From: Botryllus schlosseri
Taxonomy: Eukaryota
Assembly: GCA_051294905.1 (NCBI GenBank)
Contig: CM119372.1
Span: 15,130,001 to 15,194,000 of the forward strand
DNA: 64,000 nucleotides
Reading direction: 5' to 3'
Of the stretch, positions 38,460-51,079 are shown piece by piece (the stretch's first letter is position 1; each line of letters opens with the position of its first letter). The notes below the pieces were generated by a model, which had not been told where the DNA came from, did no database searches, and saw nothing but the letters and a program-made list of their open reading frames with translations. The position numbers and the translations under genes are program-made.

Positions 38460-41400
38460 AAATACTCCAATGGAATTGTAGGAGCATTTATAGAAAAATC
38501 CCGGAATTGAAATATTTCATAGAAAGACTTGATACAAAACCTGATGTACTCGCACTGCAGGAAACTCATTTGGTTAATAAGTACACTCCTAAAATCAAAG
38601 ACTATACCCTCGTTAGGAGAGACCGTGACATCCATGGCGGTGGCATCTGCTTCTTTGTCAAATCGAATCTATCATTCGTTCAATTAGATGTAGAAAGTGT
38701 ACACCCAATAGAGATTCAAGCCATCAAACTTGACCAGATTACTGTTTTGAATGTTTATATCCCTCCAAATCGCAATCTATCGCGCATGCTCCTCGAACGA
38801 TGTTTTCGCCCCTTCACCACAAAGTGCATTATAGTCGGAGACTTTAACGCCCATCATCCCTTGTGGAAGAGCGACCGAATAAACAGTTGCGGTAGACATC
38901 TTTACCATGTTATTGATACCAAGGATTTTGTGGTAATAAACACCACTATCCCGACCAGGATTGACATTTCATCCCAATCTCCCGACAATAGTTCATTATT
39001 AGACCTGACAATATGCACCAAAGACCTGGCCCATAACGTCTCAACAGACGTTACTGATTATCTGTTGGGAAGCGATCATTACGTCGTGCTCACAGAACTC
39101 AGCGTAACGGTTGATACTTCCCAGACATACACGAAGAGTTGGTCATTTCATCGCGCGGATTGGGATAAATTCAAAAGCCTCTGTAGTGAGCGATTCTCCG
39201 TCGCCTGCGATACACCTCTAAAAATGGAGGACATATCAACTATCATTATAGACGCCGCAGTGAAAAGCATTCCTGAATCTAGACCGGTCTCCAAAAGCTC
39301 CGTTCCATGGTGGAATAAAGAGTGTTCGAAATCCCTTCGCCTCAAACGTGCGGCCTTCAAAAAGATGAAGCTGACCTTCAACACGGAGGACGTTATCAAC
39401 TTCAAGCGTCGACGCGCACAAGCAAAGAAAACTATTCTCGCCGCCAAAAAGCAATACTGGGAAACCTTTTGCAGCACCCTCACTGAAAATTCAAACTTGG
39501 CGCGTGTTTGGCACGTAGTCAAATCCATGAGCGGAAGTCGCACCTGGAGTCGTATTACTTCCCTTAAAGTCGGCGATCAAGTGTACACAACAGAGCAGGA
39601 TAAAGCAAATGCACTGGCATCCTACTTTGCGAGTGTCAGTAGTGATGATAGCCTTCAACCAGAATTCCGACATAGACGCGATGCTATGAAGCAAGCAATG
39701 CACCAACGCTTATGCGAAATGCAAGATGACACCACGGGAATAAACATCGAATTCAGTGTTTCGGAACTTATACAAACATTAAAGCCTCGTAAGAATACAG
39801 CTCCAGGCCACGACCGAATATGCTATCAAATGATAATGAATTTACCACCCTCCTGTCTAAACCTTCTATTACGATCCATTAACGAGGTGTGGAAGACAGC
39901 TCAGTGCCCATCTGCATGGCGTCACTCCATCATCGTACCTATCCCGAAAAACGGTCAAATTCAAAATTCAATAAAGAGTTACAGACCGATCGCTCTCACC
40001 AGCAATATGTGCAAAATAATGGAACGGCTAATCTGCAAAAGGCTATATTGGTGGCTTGAAAACCGAAAACTCCTCCACCCATCTCAAAGCGCATTTCGCA
40101 ATGGCAGGTCAACTAAAGATAGCGTGATGGCTTTACATGATGATCTCTACAAGGCCTTGGGAAATCAAAGATCCGCAATCTGTATATTCCTGGACATCGA
40201 AAAGGCCTATGATCGTGTTTGGAGGGACGGAATAATAATCAAACTGCAAAAAATGGGCTTATCCGGAAAACTTTTGCGATGGCTTCACAGCTTCTTACAC
40301 AACCGCACATTTCAGGTCAGAGTAGGAAATAAGGTGTCGGACAGTCATAAAGTTGAAAACGGCATTCCTCAAGGAAGCGTTTTAAGTCCATTACTGTATA
40401 CCGTAATGATGAACGATCTCCCCGAAATGATTAAAACTAATATAAACGTATTTGCAGATGATGTCTGCATCTGGGAATCTGGCCTCAGTTTTGATAAAAT
40501 AAGAACCGCGATCCAAGAGTCATTAACCGTAATAGAATCATGGTGCAAGAAATGGGGACTCAGTCTGAATACTAATAAGACCGAGGCAATAATTTTTTCG
40601 AGGAAAAGGAAAATACCTGCTGTCAAACTAACGCTCAACCATTCCTATATTAGATTTGTCAAGCAGTACAAATACCTAGGAGTCACTTTTGACTCTCGGC
40701 TGAGCTACGCACATCATTCCAAAGCTGTGGTCAAGAAATGCACAATGCGATTGAATGTGCTGCGCTGCCTGTCAGGAACTAATTGGGGTGCTTCCAAATC
40801 TTGTCTCCTGATTCTGTATAGGGTGTTGATAAGGTCGGTCATCGAATACTGCATGGAAGCGTACATGTTCTCCCCGAAGTATGTCAGAAGACCAATCGCC
40901 ACTATCCAGAATACCGCGCTCCGAATATGTTGCGGAGCAATGAAAAGTACCCCGATATACGCACTGCAACATTCGTGCAGAGAAATGCCCATGCACCTTA
41001 GACATCTCCAGGCATGCTTAACATATAGGTCGGTCATTCTAGCTCACGATTCCCATCCATGTCAATCAATTACACAGGAATCATGGCATGAAATCTTTCC
41101 TGACTCGGAACATTTTATTACATTTAACATGCTGACGGAACGTGCTCCTATGTTTCAGAATTTCGGTATAGCGAAACGAAATCTCCTGCCAACGCCACCA
41201 TGGAAAGCAATGAAGTACTCGATTGACTTGAAAATCGAATCATTGATTAAAAACATAGCACATCCCGAAATCGTCAAACGGGAGTGCGAACAGTATATTG
41301 ACGATCACTATGCTGACTCTATAAAAATCTATACAGACGGGTCAAAGAACGATAACAAATGTGGAGCAGCCTTCTACGTGGACGAGGAAAATCACTCCTG

Positions 41401-42165
41401 GAACCAGAAACTAATGGGCGTATTGTCGATATTTTCAGCAGAGCTTATTGCAATAAGAGCAGCGTTGGACTGGGTTATGGTAAATTGCTTTCCAAACTCT
41501 AACATCACAATTTTTCAGACAGCAAAAGCGCTCTGACAGCAATTAACACGACCACTACAACGGATAACATCGTCATCGACATACAAGAACGCAACAACGC
41601 CTTGGCCTTCAATAAGAAATCAGTTTCGATGGTATGGATACCTGGACACAAGAATGTTGGTTTCAACGAGAGAGCTGATCAACTGGCGCGAGACGCAGCG
41701 AACGATCCACCAAACAACATAGAAAAACAGGACATATCTACGAACGAAGCCAGAACTCTGATCCACGAATTCTGCAAAACCAAATGGGATTATCACTGGA
41801 CTCAAATCGACATTGAGTCGCAATATCGACGAATTTTTTCAAGCATCAATGATCATACGAACATGCCGCGGCTCTCCCGTAGAGAATCGTCCATTCTCAT
41901 TAGGATGCAAACGGGGCATTGTCGACTAAACGCTCATCTGTATAAACTTGGACTTCATGAAACGGGACTTTGCGACACGTGTAATCAACTAGAGACGCTT
42001 GACCATTTTGTTACTTCATGCAATCGCTACGACCGAGCCAGGGTCCATCTAATTCAATCCGCACATAGACACAATATTCCACTTTCGCTTAGTTCGCTAT
42101 TGAAAAGTCCTCACACGCTACAATCACTGTTAGACTTTGTTATATTGTCAACTAGAGACTTATAG
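38417..42165 (+). CDS. LINE ORF2: AP endonuclease, reverse transcriptase, RNase H and CCHC, with one frameshift at 41511-41515
   Basis: ILQWNCRS, LQETH, GDFNAH, SDH (EN); YRPIALTS, FLDIEKAYD, GIPQGSVLSP, FADD (RT); YTDGS, AEL, (F)SDSKSAL, WIPGH, NERAD (RNase H); CDTC…HFVTSC. Five T where six would restore the frame. Confidence 0.92.
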
Positions 42166-42244
42166 TTGTATTATTGATCAAAATAGGCATGGTGCAAAAG
42201 GCCTCAGTTAGCCGAGAAGCACCCCCCCCCCCTATACATACATA

Positions 42245-44333
42245 CTTGCAATCGCAAATGCAATGGCTGACGCCAATGCTAACAACCAAATCCAATTCGC
42301 CATCGGCCCAATAGGACTCGGTCTCAATCTGGTGGTAACGGCCTCGATGTCGATGTAGCAGACAATAAACACTCTTACCATCGCTGACGCAATGGCTAAC
42401 GCCAACCCTAACAACCAATTCCAATTCGCTATCGGTTTAATGGGACTCGGTTTCAATCTGGCGGTCACGGCCTCGATTTCGATATTGCGGACAATGTTCT
42501 CGTCGCAGACGCAATGTCTGAAGCCAACGCAATGGCAAACATCAACGCTAATAACCAATTCCAATGGGCCATCGGCTCAATGGGACTCAGTCTCAATCTC
42601 GCGGTCACAGCCTCGATGTCGATATTGCAAACAACGTTCTCGCCATCGCACACGCAATGGCTAACGCCAACGCTAATAACTAGGGCAAGTTTTTGCAACT
42701 TTTGCAACATTTTTTTACAGCTTCTGGCAGCTTCCTAAATACTCGTAAGATATGTAGAATGTTGTTTTAAGCTGTTTGAAGGAATCTTATAGTGCAACTT
42801 TTTGCAACTTTCGTCCATATTTTTCATGCAACTTTTTCGATTTTTCATGTAAGTATTTTCGATTTTAATGAAATACACGACCAAATTCGGCTGAAACACC
42901 GTAAATCAGCACCGAAGTAACGCTTTTACGGGTATTTCGGGAGCTGAGCCGGAAAAATGACCTTTTTTTAGTCAACCGAGCAAAATGTGGTCAAAATGCA
43001 ACTTCTGCAACTTTTTCCGAAAATAAATGAATAAATGCAACTTTCCACGGATTTGACTGCAAAAAAACTTGCCCTACTAATAACTAATACCAATTCGCCA
43101 TCGGCCCAATGGGACTTGGTCTAAATCTGGCGGTCACGGACTCGATGTCGATGTGGATGTAGCAGACAACACTCTCGCCATCGCATACGCAATGGCTAAC
43201 GCCAACGCTACCAACCTATTCCAATTCGCCATGGGCCCAATGGGAATCGATCTCAATGTGGACTGTGATCATTCTGGCGGTCACGGCGTAGATATCGATG
43301 TGGCAGACAACACTCTCGCCATCGCTAACGCAATTGCTAATGTAATGCCAACGCTAACAACCAATTCCAATTCGCCCTGGGCTCAATGGGACTCGGTCTC
43401 AATGTGTACTGTGATCATTCTGGCGGTCACGGCGTCGATGTCGATATAGAAGGCAACACTCTTGCAATCGCTGACGCTATTGCTCACGCCAAAGCCAACA
43501 ACCATTCCCAATTCGCCATCGGCTCAATGGGACTCGGCGTCATTGTGGAAAGTGATCATTCTGGCGGTAACGGCGTCGATGTCGAAGACAACACTCTTGC
43601 AATCGCTGACGATATTGCTCACGCCAAAGCCAACTAACACGATGTAGCAGACAACACTCTAGCCATCGCAAACGCAATGGCTGACGCCAATGCTAACAAC
43701 CAAATCTAATTCGCAATCGGCCAAATAGGACTCGGTCTTAATCTGGTGATCACGGCGTCGATGTCGATATAGAACACAACACTCTTGCAATCGCTGACGC
43801 TATTGCTTACGCCAAAGCCTACAACCAATTCAAATTCGCCATCGGGCCGAAGGTACTCGGGGTCAATATGGAAGTTGATCATTCTGGCGGTCAGGGCGTT
43901 GATGTCGATGTAGAAGGCAACACTCTTGCAATCGATTCGCCATCGGCCCGATAGGACTCGGTCCAAATCTGGTGGTCACGGCCTCGATGTCGATGTTGAT
44001 GTCGATGTAGCAGACAACACTCTTGCCATCCCAAATGCAATGGCTGACGCCAATGCTAACAACCTAATTCAATTCGCCATCGGCCCAATACGACTCGGTC
44101 TTAATCTGGTGGTCACGGCGTCGATGTAGCAGACAACACTCTTGCAACCGCAAATGCAATGGCTGACGCCAACGTTCACAACCAAACCTAAGTCGCTATC
44201 GGCCCAATGGGACTCGGTCTGAATCTGGCGGTCACAACCTCGATGTCGATGTAGCAGACAACACTCTTGCCACCGCAAAGGCAATGGCTGACGCCAATGC
44301 TAACAATCAAATCCAATTCGCCATCGTCCCAAT
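42245..44333 (+). repeat. Tandem array block 3: more diverged mix of 125-type and in-frame 141-type units
   Basis: Same core (gccaatgctaacaaccaa…ggactcggtctcaat…gtagcagacaacactc); units at ~43200-43630 retain the gatcattctggcgg (DHSGG) segment. Confidence 0.9.
42681..43076. mobile_element. hAT MITE (396 bp) in the array
   Basis: TIR tagggcaagttttt / aaaaacttgcccta; perfect TSD ctaataac. Confidence 0.9.
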
Positions 44334-44670
44334 CAGAGATGGCCACAGTCCGGTTCAGGAGCCGGAGCCGGAGCAGGATTTTGATGAATTTTACTGTGGC
44401 CGGATCGGAGCCGGATTCTGAAACTGCCATATGAGCCGGATTTTAACAGGATTTGATATTCATAACAAATATTGGGTGATGAAGGTTGAAGATATCTTAT
44501 ATTCAATTAAAAAAGCTGCTTCGATATTATTTCCGTAGTTAAATGCATTCATTGCTATTGATCAAGCCCAGGCTGGTTCCGACAATGAATGACAACGTTG
44601 AAACCGCTGATACCGGTCACGCCGTTGAGATGCGTAAGCAACATTAGTAAAGTTTCTATAATGATGAGAT

Positions 44671-46076
44671 CATATACTTCGTTTCCATGCTCGGCCGATG
44701 GGCCCATTTTCGAGAGACTCGGCCGACGAACGAGAGAATTTTGTTGCGCATTTACAGTGATGCACACCCACGTCGGCCGACTCGTCGGCCATCTAGTAAA
44801 TCCTTCGGCTTAGCCCTTCGGCCATGCTTGCGCTGTGTCTTCGATTAGCTAATTGGTATTCGCTACTTACAATACACTTTTCGTATCAAATTAACCATGG
44901 CTGCACTCCGGACGGATCTTGGACGCCTTGAGAAACCAAGAATTATGATCGCAACGGAATTTAGTAGTACCGGTACTGCTACGAATTACCCGTAGGCTAC
45001 CGAAATCTTCGCGATCTGATCACATACGCTGCTGCCACAATTCGAAGGTTTGCGTTCTATGGTGCATGGATACAATACAAACTATACCGCTTGACCACAA
45101 ACTAGGTGAACTTATTCACATTCCCTGGTAAGCAAATAATCGACAGGACACTGGACGTTCATGTCTGAATCATGACGACGAAACAGTAGTACCGGTAGAC
45201 TACTGGAGAAGTTACTATTCTGTGCTCGAAATTATTGGAACACGATATCCCATATCTATATCCCCCACATACTAAGATATGCCACCAATTTTCATCTTTT
45301 ATCCATCTTATTTTATCTTCTGTTAGTTTTAAGCAATTGGTTCATCGTGACCATTTTACATGTTGGATGCATTTAGTGTTCAAGGTCAAAGCGGGTTGTT
45401 TGATTGAATGACCGCTACAAGTCTTTTCGGCTCATTCCTACCGAGTCATTTATCGCAATCTTCTGATTATTATGAAACTGTTACTGAGTAAGTAAGCCAA
45501 AAACGTCATCGCGATCGCTTCGCCGGGCGAAGTTCGCCCACCTAGTTCGGCCAAGTCACGGTTGGGTTACGTCTGCTCATGGAAACACGGCCGACATGTA
45601 CAACGCATGCGTCATGGCCTTTCGGCCGACCGTCGGCCGAGCATGGAAACGAAGTAATAGTGTCCTATATGGTGTCGACACAAGCAAATCGCACGGTTCA
45701 ATGAAATTGTATCACGTCACAGTTTCCATTTGGCTACAGGCAATTTGACGGTGATTTTTGACCGACTTGCCGAGCATCAAATTTGATAAAACGGGTATCA
45801 ATCGAAAGCTGCCGCCGTACTGATTACGAAAATATAAATTTTATTCCGCTCGCGGCCCTGGAACCCCCACAATCAGCCTCTAATTTTTCATTGTTATGGA
45901 GATTGGCATTGGGACGCAACAATACTGTCTGGCTCCCTTTTTCTCGAGCACCTGTCTCGTTTCGCTAGACAGCATTGTTGCCATTGCCAGCATTGTAGCC
46001 AAATGGAAACTGTGACGTGTAACAATTTCATTGAACCGTGCGATTTGCTTGTGTCGACACCATATAGGACACTATG
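44671..46076. mobile_element. P-element-like MITE (CATAG…CTATG), its left TIR split by another MITE
   Basis: 7-bp TSD atgagat (44664-44670, 46077-46083); ~80-bp TIR arms at 45657-45738 and 45994-46076. Confidence 0.7.
44675..45656. mobile_element. MITE with 3-bp TSD (ata)
   Basis: TIR tacttcgtttccatgctcggccga / tcggccgagcatggaaacgaagta. Confidence 0.8.
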
Positions 46077-46121
46077 ATGAGATTACTGCTGGATGAGATG
46101 GGGACGAAGGCAGGCTCTAGC

Positions 46122-46156
46122 CAAAGTCACTCAACTGTCATAGTTGAGTGACTTTG
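46122..46156. mobile_element. 35-bp hairpin micro-element
   Basis: caaagtcactcaact-gtcat-agttgagtgactttg flanked by gctctagc/gctccagc. Confidence 0.55.
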
Positions 46157-47090
46157 GCTCCAGCAAGCGAGCTGCCGAAGTGTTTGTTTACCTCAGATAT
46201 TGATTCTTATCCTTCCGGTTCATCAGCCATTAGGGTACTTGATATCAGTTGTCAGAATGTCAGAAAAGCGAGGTGTCGGTGTTGTTGCAGACTGCAGAGG
46301 TAATTGGTGGTTCTGATTTCTGATGTCATTTGGAATGATTGTGTGGTGTTGTAACGTATGAATATATGCTGGCATGGTCAATTGGTCATGTTTATGATTT
46401 CGGAAACACACTAGAACTGAAATACCACAGGTACTCTCTGATTGATTGTGCACATTATCATGCTGATTATATAATATTATATGTATTTCCTATTCATTGC
46501 TCCTCTCTCAAGTGATCATTTTGATTGATTCATCCATTTTGTTTGATACATGTCTATTCTGTGAAAATTTAGTTCCATTCTTCAGTAGTACTATAGGCCT
46601 AGTTGTCTTGGCCAAGTCACAATGCACAATATCTGATTTTGTTGTTGGTTTCATGGCATGCCTGGGTTACTATGTCTGCCCTCTCCGTAAAGCAACTAAT
46701 ATTGCCTTCTCTGTTATCACAGTCTTTTTAGCTCATTTCCCCTGCCTAGTTCCTACTACTCGCATTTATATTCAAGATATATACCGTACCTAACATTATT
46801 GATTCGAAATGTGATATAAATAAACCCTTGTAAGGCATTACTTGATACTAATTTGTTGAATATAATGTTCATATCTGTTTTGCAGGCTATATTTAATGTG
46901 AAATAGCACTAAAGCAATAGCAGGATTTTTTCGGATCCTAATTTTGTTGCTCAACTGTCGGACTCCGAAATCCTATTTGACTGTCGGATCAGGACGGATA
47001 CGGATTCCCAAAATCTGGAATCCGCCCATCTCTGGTCCCAATAGGACTCGGTCTCAATCTGGTGGTCACGGCCTTGATGTCGATGTTGAT

Positions 47091-47652
47091 GTTGTTTCCG
47101 AGATTGAGGTTCATGCTCATACCAGCGAAGAGGTCGCCATAATGTCCTTTGCCTCCGTCGGTGGTAACATCGACTGCCAGACCGCTCTCGACGTGTGCGT
47201 CAGCGATGGCAAGAGTGTAGTCTACTACATCGACATCGACGCTGTGACCGCCAGAATGACCTCCGTCCACAATGAGACCGAGTCCCATTGGGCCCATGGC
47301 GAATTGGAAGTTGTTGTTGGCGTTGACGTTGGCGTGAGCAATAGCATCACCGCTTCCGCAGTGAGGTCCATCGGCTGCGATTGCTTTAGCACCGGCGTTG
47401 TTTACGAGATTGAGGTTGATTCCATACATGCTCATACCAACGAAGAGGTCGCCATAATGTCCTTTGCCTCCGTCGGTGGAAACATCGACTGTAAGATCGC
47501 TATCGACGTGTGCGTCAGCGATGGCAAGAGTGTTGTCTGCTGCATCTACATCGACGCCGTGACCGCCAGAATGACCACCGTCCACAATGAGACCGAGTCC
47601 CATTGGGCCCATGGCGAATTGGAAGTTGTTGTTGGCGTTGGCGTGAGCAATA
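47091..47652 (-). repeat. Inverted, open-frame copy of about two long (~103-105 aa) coding units of the repeat protein
   Basis: ORF 46989-47663(-): IAHANANNNFQFAMGPMGLGLIVDGGHSGGHGVDV…GGKGHYGDLF…; fused directly to forward array sequence at ~47090. Confidence 0.85.
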
Positions 47653-49560
47653 CTAAAATACACTAAAATACTCTAATGGAAAATTTTATAATATGATAAC
47701 TAAATTCTGTAGGATCACAGGTCTTGGTATAGGCTACAGTGTTTTCAACTCTTCGATTCGCGTAAGATATAGTTGTCGTTAGTATGAAATATTATTGTAA
47801 GTGGCAGGAATTGCGTGTCTTACGCAGAGTGTTGATTTGATTTATCAGTAGAGTGAACATAATATTCATATGGCAGCAAGATAGTTTGCGGAGTAGGCCT
47901 ATAATCAACTAAGCGACGGTTTTTGCGGTATTGTTATATAGAGTATGCTCAATTATTTAGAGGGACATACATTTTTCAGTACCTTGATTGTTGTGGTCTA
48001 AATAACTACTTGGTATAAAATCAGTTGAGTGTGTCAATTCGCATCTGTCACAGTTGAATGTTGAACGATGTCGAAATGAATACGAATACATGAAGTATGC
48101 ATTGATCACATTCGAATACGGAGGAGAGTGTTAGCCATAGAGCGTGTTTTGTATGAAAAGTCATTTCCCACACCGTTTACAACTTCAGTCGCACCGAGAT
48201 TTGCTCATGTAGCAAAGGATTAAAATATTAGGGTGGGAGTAGATAGCGCCTTGGTGTGTGTGATCAGGATGAATAAATTAATCCCGAGTGCGATCGGTGC
48301 GAAAACGATTGATCGTATTTAACAATCAAACTTCGAGTCGCGGGCGGTAAAGTCATTTGAAATATTCAGATTCACGTTTGTACAAAGTAGTCGCTAAGTT
48401 GGTTTGGCTGGTTCCACACTGGTATTATTTCGTAGATTGATCTTCTTGTGTGTTAGATGTTAACATATTGACCAAAGCAATACCGCTCCCGTCATAACAT
48501 TCTGCAATAAACCTGATTGCGATAGATCGGATAATGTATTAACAGTATGTTTTTGATCGCTGTAATATTAACACAACAAGAATTAAATATATGTAACTCA
48601 CGGTGATATAACTGAGTAGGTTGTAATTGAATTCAAAACCTACGACGTTCATGCAATTACGTCTTTTGACTTCCATTTCTATAATTTGAAATGATACTTT
48701 AAACAAAAAGTATGACGACTTGTGTTCTAATATTGACAACGCATTGATGAATATGATAAGTTTACAAAAATCACGGCGATGTCGATGATTGCGACCAACC
48801 ATTCCTTTTTGGCTCCCTGTAAGTTAGATTATATTACGCAGCCAGAAAAGTTGGAGCATTCAAGTTTTTTAGAGTATGTCTCATAGGTCCCAGGTCGCGT
48901 TCTTTCCGAAACACGGGTGGGGACTGATGATACGTTCGAGCAAAAACATCTTGAACGTTCGTAAATATTTTTTTCGAAGTGTGTATATGGTAGATAGGTA
49001 GAGCTGGTATCAAAGTATTGAACCAAGCAAAAGATTCAATGTCTGATTTAGTACTATATGAAAATGATAACGAACATTTTAATCACGCAAAACCATATAA
49101 TGGTTGCATGATATTATGAATCGATTCATGTGATAACTCCGCGCTTTTCGTAAACAAAATAGATTGGTGTGTACACTGTAATTTTTTTCATGTCGTTGAA
49201 ATCAGAAAAGACAACACTTTTTTCGTCAAAAAAGATCCCACGTAAAATGTCCTAGATGATGTCGATTGTGCTTTATATTTAGGTGTTTCCGATCTAGGTG
49301 ATACCTCACTGCGGCCTGATATAGAATACTAAATAATCTGGCGTACATGTCGACCTCCGTTCTGTCCTCGCAATAACACTAAAATCACCTGGCGTACTCG
49401 ACAATCAAACTGTTTGAATCCCGCATGGGGCATTTTATTATAAACGGAATAATGAACGTGTATGCAAATAAACATACTGCACTAAAATAAATTGAAGGCA
49501 AGAAATAGGACATGCAGCATAAATCGTAGCCGAAATTTTCCAATTAGAATATGACAGCCC

Positions 49561-49800
49561 TACCCGCATGGAAATAAACCACATGCTAAGTCCAGCTTGG
49601 AAAAATTACTTGAACTTATTACAGAATTTGTTATTATGCTACTTAATTGAAAGTATAACTCACTAAACAAATGTAGCGAGTACCCGCATGGAAATAAACC
49701 ACATGCTAAGTCCAGCTTGGAAAAATTACTTGAACTTATTACAGAATTTGTTACTATGCTACTTAATTGAAAGTATAACTCACCAAACAAATGTTGCGAG
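49561..49800. repeat. Direct tandem duplication, 2 x 120 bp
   Basis: tacccgcatggaaataaacc at 49561 and 49681; near identical. Confidence 0.95.
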
Positions 49801-49914
49801 AAAATTGACCTTATGCAGGATTTGTACCATGTAACGAACTTGTAGTACTTGTGAAGTACTACTCAAAAAACGAATGTAGCGAGAAATCCATTCTTAGAAA
49901 GTCTTATTCTGGAG

Positions 49915-51079
49915 CAGTGGTTCCCAACGTGGGCGATTTGACGGTCTAGGGGGGCGAAAATAACGAAGGGGGAGATAGGGGGGCGAAAACGGACGAAGGG
50001 GGCGATAGGGGGCGAAAACAGCGAAGGGGGCGATAGGGGGGCGATGGTGCGTTAAAACGGCTATATTGGAGTCGGAAGCGTAACTACCGCACCCCAAACC
50101 CCCAATTGGGGGCGGGGGGCCCGAAACCGAAGGAAGCCCAAAATTATTTCGTGAATTAACATGAATGATAGAGTAATTTTCTAGAAATTCATGCCAGTTT
50201 TTCGAAAAATTTCCGCGCTGCGCGCAATTTAATATTTTTATGTATCTCGATGTTGGGGTCCCCGTCACCCAACAAAAATACGCATGAGTTATGGAAATGG
50301 GAGACTCTGGCGTCGGCCATTACTGCGCCACGATGCACCAAGACATATGAAGTTAGAGGCCGTGTAACATGCGCCTCCGAGAAGTGTGCCAGAACGATCA
50401 GCAGCGAGAAGACATTGGCCGAAAAGAAATGCCCTTGTGCTGACTGAAAACTTCGATCTATATACAATACATATACGTTTAATTGTCCATAGGCGCCTCG
50501 ATGGCTGGCGTCGAATGTTCCTGTCATGGTACCTTAACCCTACAGGCCAAATGCCATCCCGCAAGGAAAAAATTATTTGCCAGTAAAGAAATACCGATAT
50601 GAAATCATGTGCGTCTTTTCGTTTGGTACGTTTTGACGATTTCCATATCTTCTGACACAGCAGATATAGGAGGTCACGAAATAGCATCATGTAAAGAAGT
50701 CAATATAACAATGATTCCGCCCGAAGATGTTTAATTATTATTTAGGGGTGCTATCTTTTCCAACATACCACATCGACCATATGGACCGATTCAAACATAA
50801 ATTATATGAATTTGTCGCGCTTCGCGCGTTTAGGCGATATACGGTGACTCACCAAACAGTACATCAAATAGGGTATATCTGATATGCAGCTACAAAAAGC
50901 CCACTGGATGAGGGGGTCTGGGGTTTGGTTTATCACCCTATGGGGCCAAAGACCAACGTTTTTTTTCGAGGGAGGGGGGCTGACGAAGTGCTGTTTTTCG
51001 GTTCCCAATATTTGGGGGGCGATGATCGGTGTGGAGCTTCAAAAGGGGGCGATGAGTCGAAAAAGGTTGGGAACCACTG
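49915..51079. mobile_element. hAT-Charlie-type element containing a copy of the 20546/61178 family
   Basis: TIR cagtggttcccaac / gttgggaaccactg; ~30-bp G-rich tandem at 49950-50045; no matching TSD. Confidence 0.7.

Larger units (their letters stand above)
36971..42244 (+). mobile_element. Full-length I-group (Nimb-like) non-LTR retrotransposon
   Basis: 13-bp TSD cttgcaatcgcaa (36958-36970, 42245-42257); CAGT near the 5' end; (TACA)n tail; ORF1 plus EN-RT-RNase H ORF2. Confidence 0.95.
44334..47034. mobile_element. hAT (Ac-like) non-autonomous element in the array
   Basis: TIR cagagatgg / ccatctctg; perfect TSD gtcccaat (44326-44333, 47035-47042); CCGGA-rich subterminal motifs. Confidence 0.9.
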
